The notes beneath the pieces were generated by a model. It saw only the letters and a list, made by a program, of their open reading frames with translations, was not told the origin of the DNA and ran no database searches. A DNA stretch of 64,000 bases from assembly GCF_009914755.1 (NCBI RefSeq), contig NC_060947.1; one strand, 5' to 3'. The stretch comes from the human T2T-CHM13v2.0 reference genome, Homo sapiens. Shown here piece after piece: positions 61,801 through 64,000 of the stretch; the stretch's first letter is position 1, and each line of letters opens with the position of its first letter. The translations under genes and the position numbers were made by a program.

Positions 61801-64000
61801 CTGAACATGTACCCTAGAACTTAAAGTACAATAATAAAAAAAAATAAGTTGTTTGGCCAGGAGGGCTCCACCTTCATGAATGAATTAATGTCATTTTTAA
61901 GAAAGTGGATTGATTATAAAGGGGTGCATTTGGCTCACGTCTCTCTCTCTCTCTCTCTCTCCCTCTCTTGCCCTCACTCTTCTGCCTTATACTATATGAA
62001 GGTGCATCCAAATGTTCTCACCAGATGCTGCCACCACCTTGATCTTAGACTAACCGGCCCCCAGAAATCTGAGAAAAAAAAATCTGTTCATTATAGATTA
62101 CCCAGTCTGTGATATTCTGTTACAGTGACACAGAAGAGACTAAGACTTAAAATTGGCACCAGAGAAATGCGGTATTGCTATAACAAACACCTAAAAATGT
62201 GTAAGTGGCTTTGGAACTGGGTAATAGAGGCTAGAACAGTTTTGAAGTGAATGCTGGAAAAACTTGTATTGCCATGAAGAAAGTGTTGAGAGTGATTAAG
62301 GTGAGCACTAGAAAAAGAGTAGATCTGTAGGGAAAGTCTGAAACTCCTTAGGAATTACTTAAATGGTTGTGATAAGAATGCTGTAGAAATTTGTATGGCA
62401 AAGGCAATTTTAATGAGGTCTCAGGAATGAATAGCAAGGTATTCGAAACTGGAGTAAAGGTTACCCTTGTTATAAAGTGGCAGACAAAATGATAAACTAG
62501 GGTATCTGGCAGAGGAAATATGTAAGCAGCAAAGCCTTCAATGTGCTTGCTATGTGGCTTCTTGTAACTGCACATAGTAAGAGGTGAGGAGAAAGAAATG
62601 ATTTAAAGACAACTTATAATTAAAAGAGAAATCGAACTTGGGGATTTAAAGGTTCTCAGCCTGGATGTGTGGTAGACAATAAAAGAACATTTTCAAAAAA
62701 GGAAGCTAAGTGTTTGGCTAAGCAACTGTTTGATAGAAAGGTTATTATGAAGAGAATGAAGCCAGAGGCTATTTATCAGGACAATGGTAGAATAATCTGA
62801 AGGGTATTTTGGAGATTACCAGTGCCACCCCTGCCATTACAAACCGAGAGTGCCAAGGCCAAGGGGAAGTAAATATGTCAAAAGAGAGGCCTCGGGCACA
62901 CTCAGAACCTTGAAGCTTGCTGCCTAGGGGTGCCTGCAGTTTCTGCACCACACATTCTGGTCCAGTGTTCCTCAGTCACCCCAGGCATGGCCCAAGTGGG
63001 CCCAGGTGCCATTTGACGCACAAATCTGGAAAATAGAAGCTATAAATGTTGACAGTGTCCATATGGTGATAATTCTGTAGGCATGCGGAATGCAAGAGCG
63101 TTGAGAGCATGGCTTCCTGTATCTAACCTTCAACGGATTTTGCAAACTGCCTGGGAGCCCTGACAGAAACTTGTGGCAGGGTAGGAATCACCATGGAGTC
63201 CCTACGAGGGCAATGTCCAGTTAGACTGTGGAGGCAGAGCTAAGACTAGGAGTCCCCACTAGGCCTAGTGGAGCCATGTGGGTGCGACCACCCTTGAAAT
63301 TCCAGAACTGTAGAGCTACCAGCATGCAACACCAGCCTGGGATAGCTGTAGGCAAAAGACTCCAACTTGTTAGAGTTGCTGCATGGGCTGTGTCTTGCAA
63401 AGCCATGCAGGCAGAGCTGCCTGGAGCTTTGAGGGTCCAACCTGCACTTGTGTGTCTGGATGGTGGGATGTGGAGTCAATGACGATTATTCTTAAGCTTT
63501 AGGATTTAGTTTGCTTTCCCTGTTGGATTTGGGATTTACTTGGGAACAGTCACTCGGTTTTTCTTGCCTATTTCTCCCTTTTAGCATGGGAATGTCTATT
63601 CTATGCCCATCCCACCATTGTATTTTGCAAGTAGATAACTTGTTTTTATTTCACAGGCTCATGGCTGGAGGGAATTTGCCTCAAGGTGAATCATGTCTTG
63701 AGTCTCGCCCATGTCTGATTTAGATGAGACTGGACTTTGGACTTATGAGTTGCTGCTCAAATGAGTTAAGATTTTGGGGGCTACTGAGATGGAATAAATA
63801 TGTTTTGTATGTGAGAAGGACATAAGTTTTCGAGGGTTATGGGTGGCCTTCCGAAATAAAATTTAAATATTTGCCCCTTCCCAAACTCATGTTGAAATTG
63901 GATTGCCATTGCTACCGTATTAAAAAGATGAGACCATTTAGAGGTGATTAGGCCAGGAGGGCTACTCCCTCATGATTATATGCCATTATCATAGGAGTGG
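58820..64000 (+). mobile_element. MSTC/MSTD-like MaLR element: 5'LTR split by an L1 (58820-58883 + 61856-62147), internal 62148-~63852, 3'LTR ~63853 to window end
   Basis: The LTR segment tcatgt..attgccattg..gtattaagaagtgagac resumes after the L1 as gccaggagggctcc, and the same text is contiguous in the 3'LTR (63887-63970). The LTR ends gactaagac, followed by aaattggcacc. Confidence 0.88.
58884..61843 (+). mobile_element. L1PA7-like element with 5' inversion (inverted 58884-60168, sense 60168-61843)
   Basis: Reverse RT remnants ([10 protein letters not shown]; [13 protein letters not shown]), then sense ORF2 from ctgctcaaggaaataagagagg, an L1PA7-type 3'UTR and polyA. Imperfect TSD aagcagttgtttg / aataagttgtttg. 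Confidence 0.94.

Overview
This is primate (very likely human) AT-rich, gene-poor nuclear DNA, not prokaryotic. More than half of it is interspersed repeats. There are multiple L1 copies from ancient L1M to about L1PA7, including one near full-length L1PA16/17-like copy and two 5'-inverted (twin-primed) copies. There are six THE1/MST MaLR elements (three with two LTRs), five Alu insertions, MIR/L2 relics, MER2 and MER5 DNA-transposon relics, microsatellites, and one full-length, decayed RPL7A processed pseudogene (about 22747-23609, +). I find no intact protein-coding gene: the longer track ORFs are remnants of L1, MaLR, Alu or RPL7A, or chance frames. I cannot support a new biological system. 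The best leads are mechanistic or regulatory: a double-AluY inside one TSD, a fold-back inverted duplication inside an L1, twin-priming junctions, a THE1-Alu fusion by deletion, DUX4-type motifs in MaLR LTRs, and two candidate non-coding exons. Subfamily names come from recalled consensus features rather than alignments, and old-repeat boundaries are approximate.
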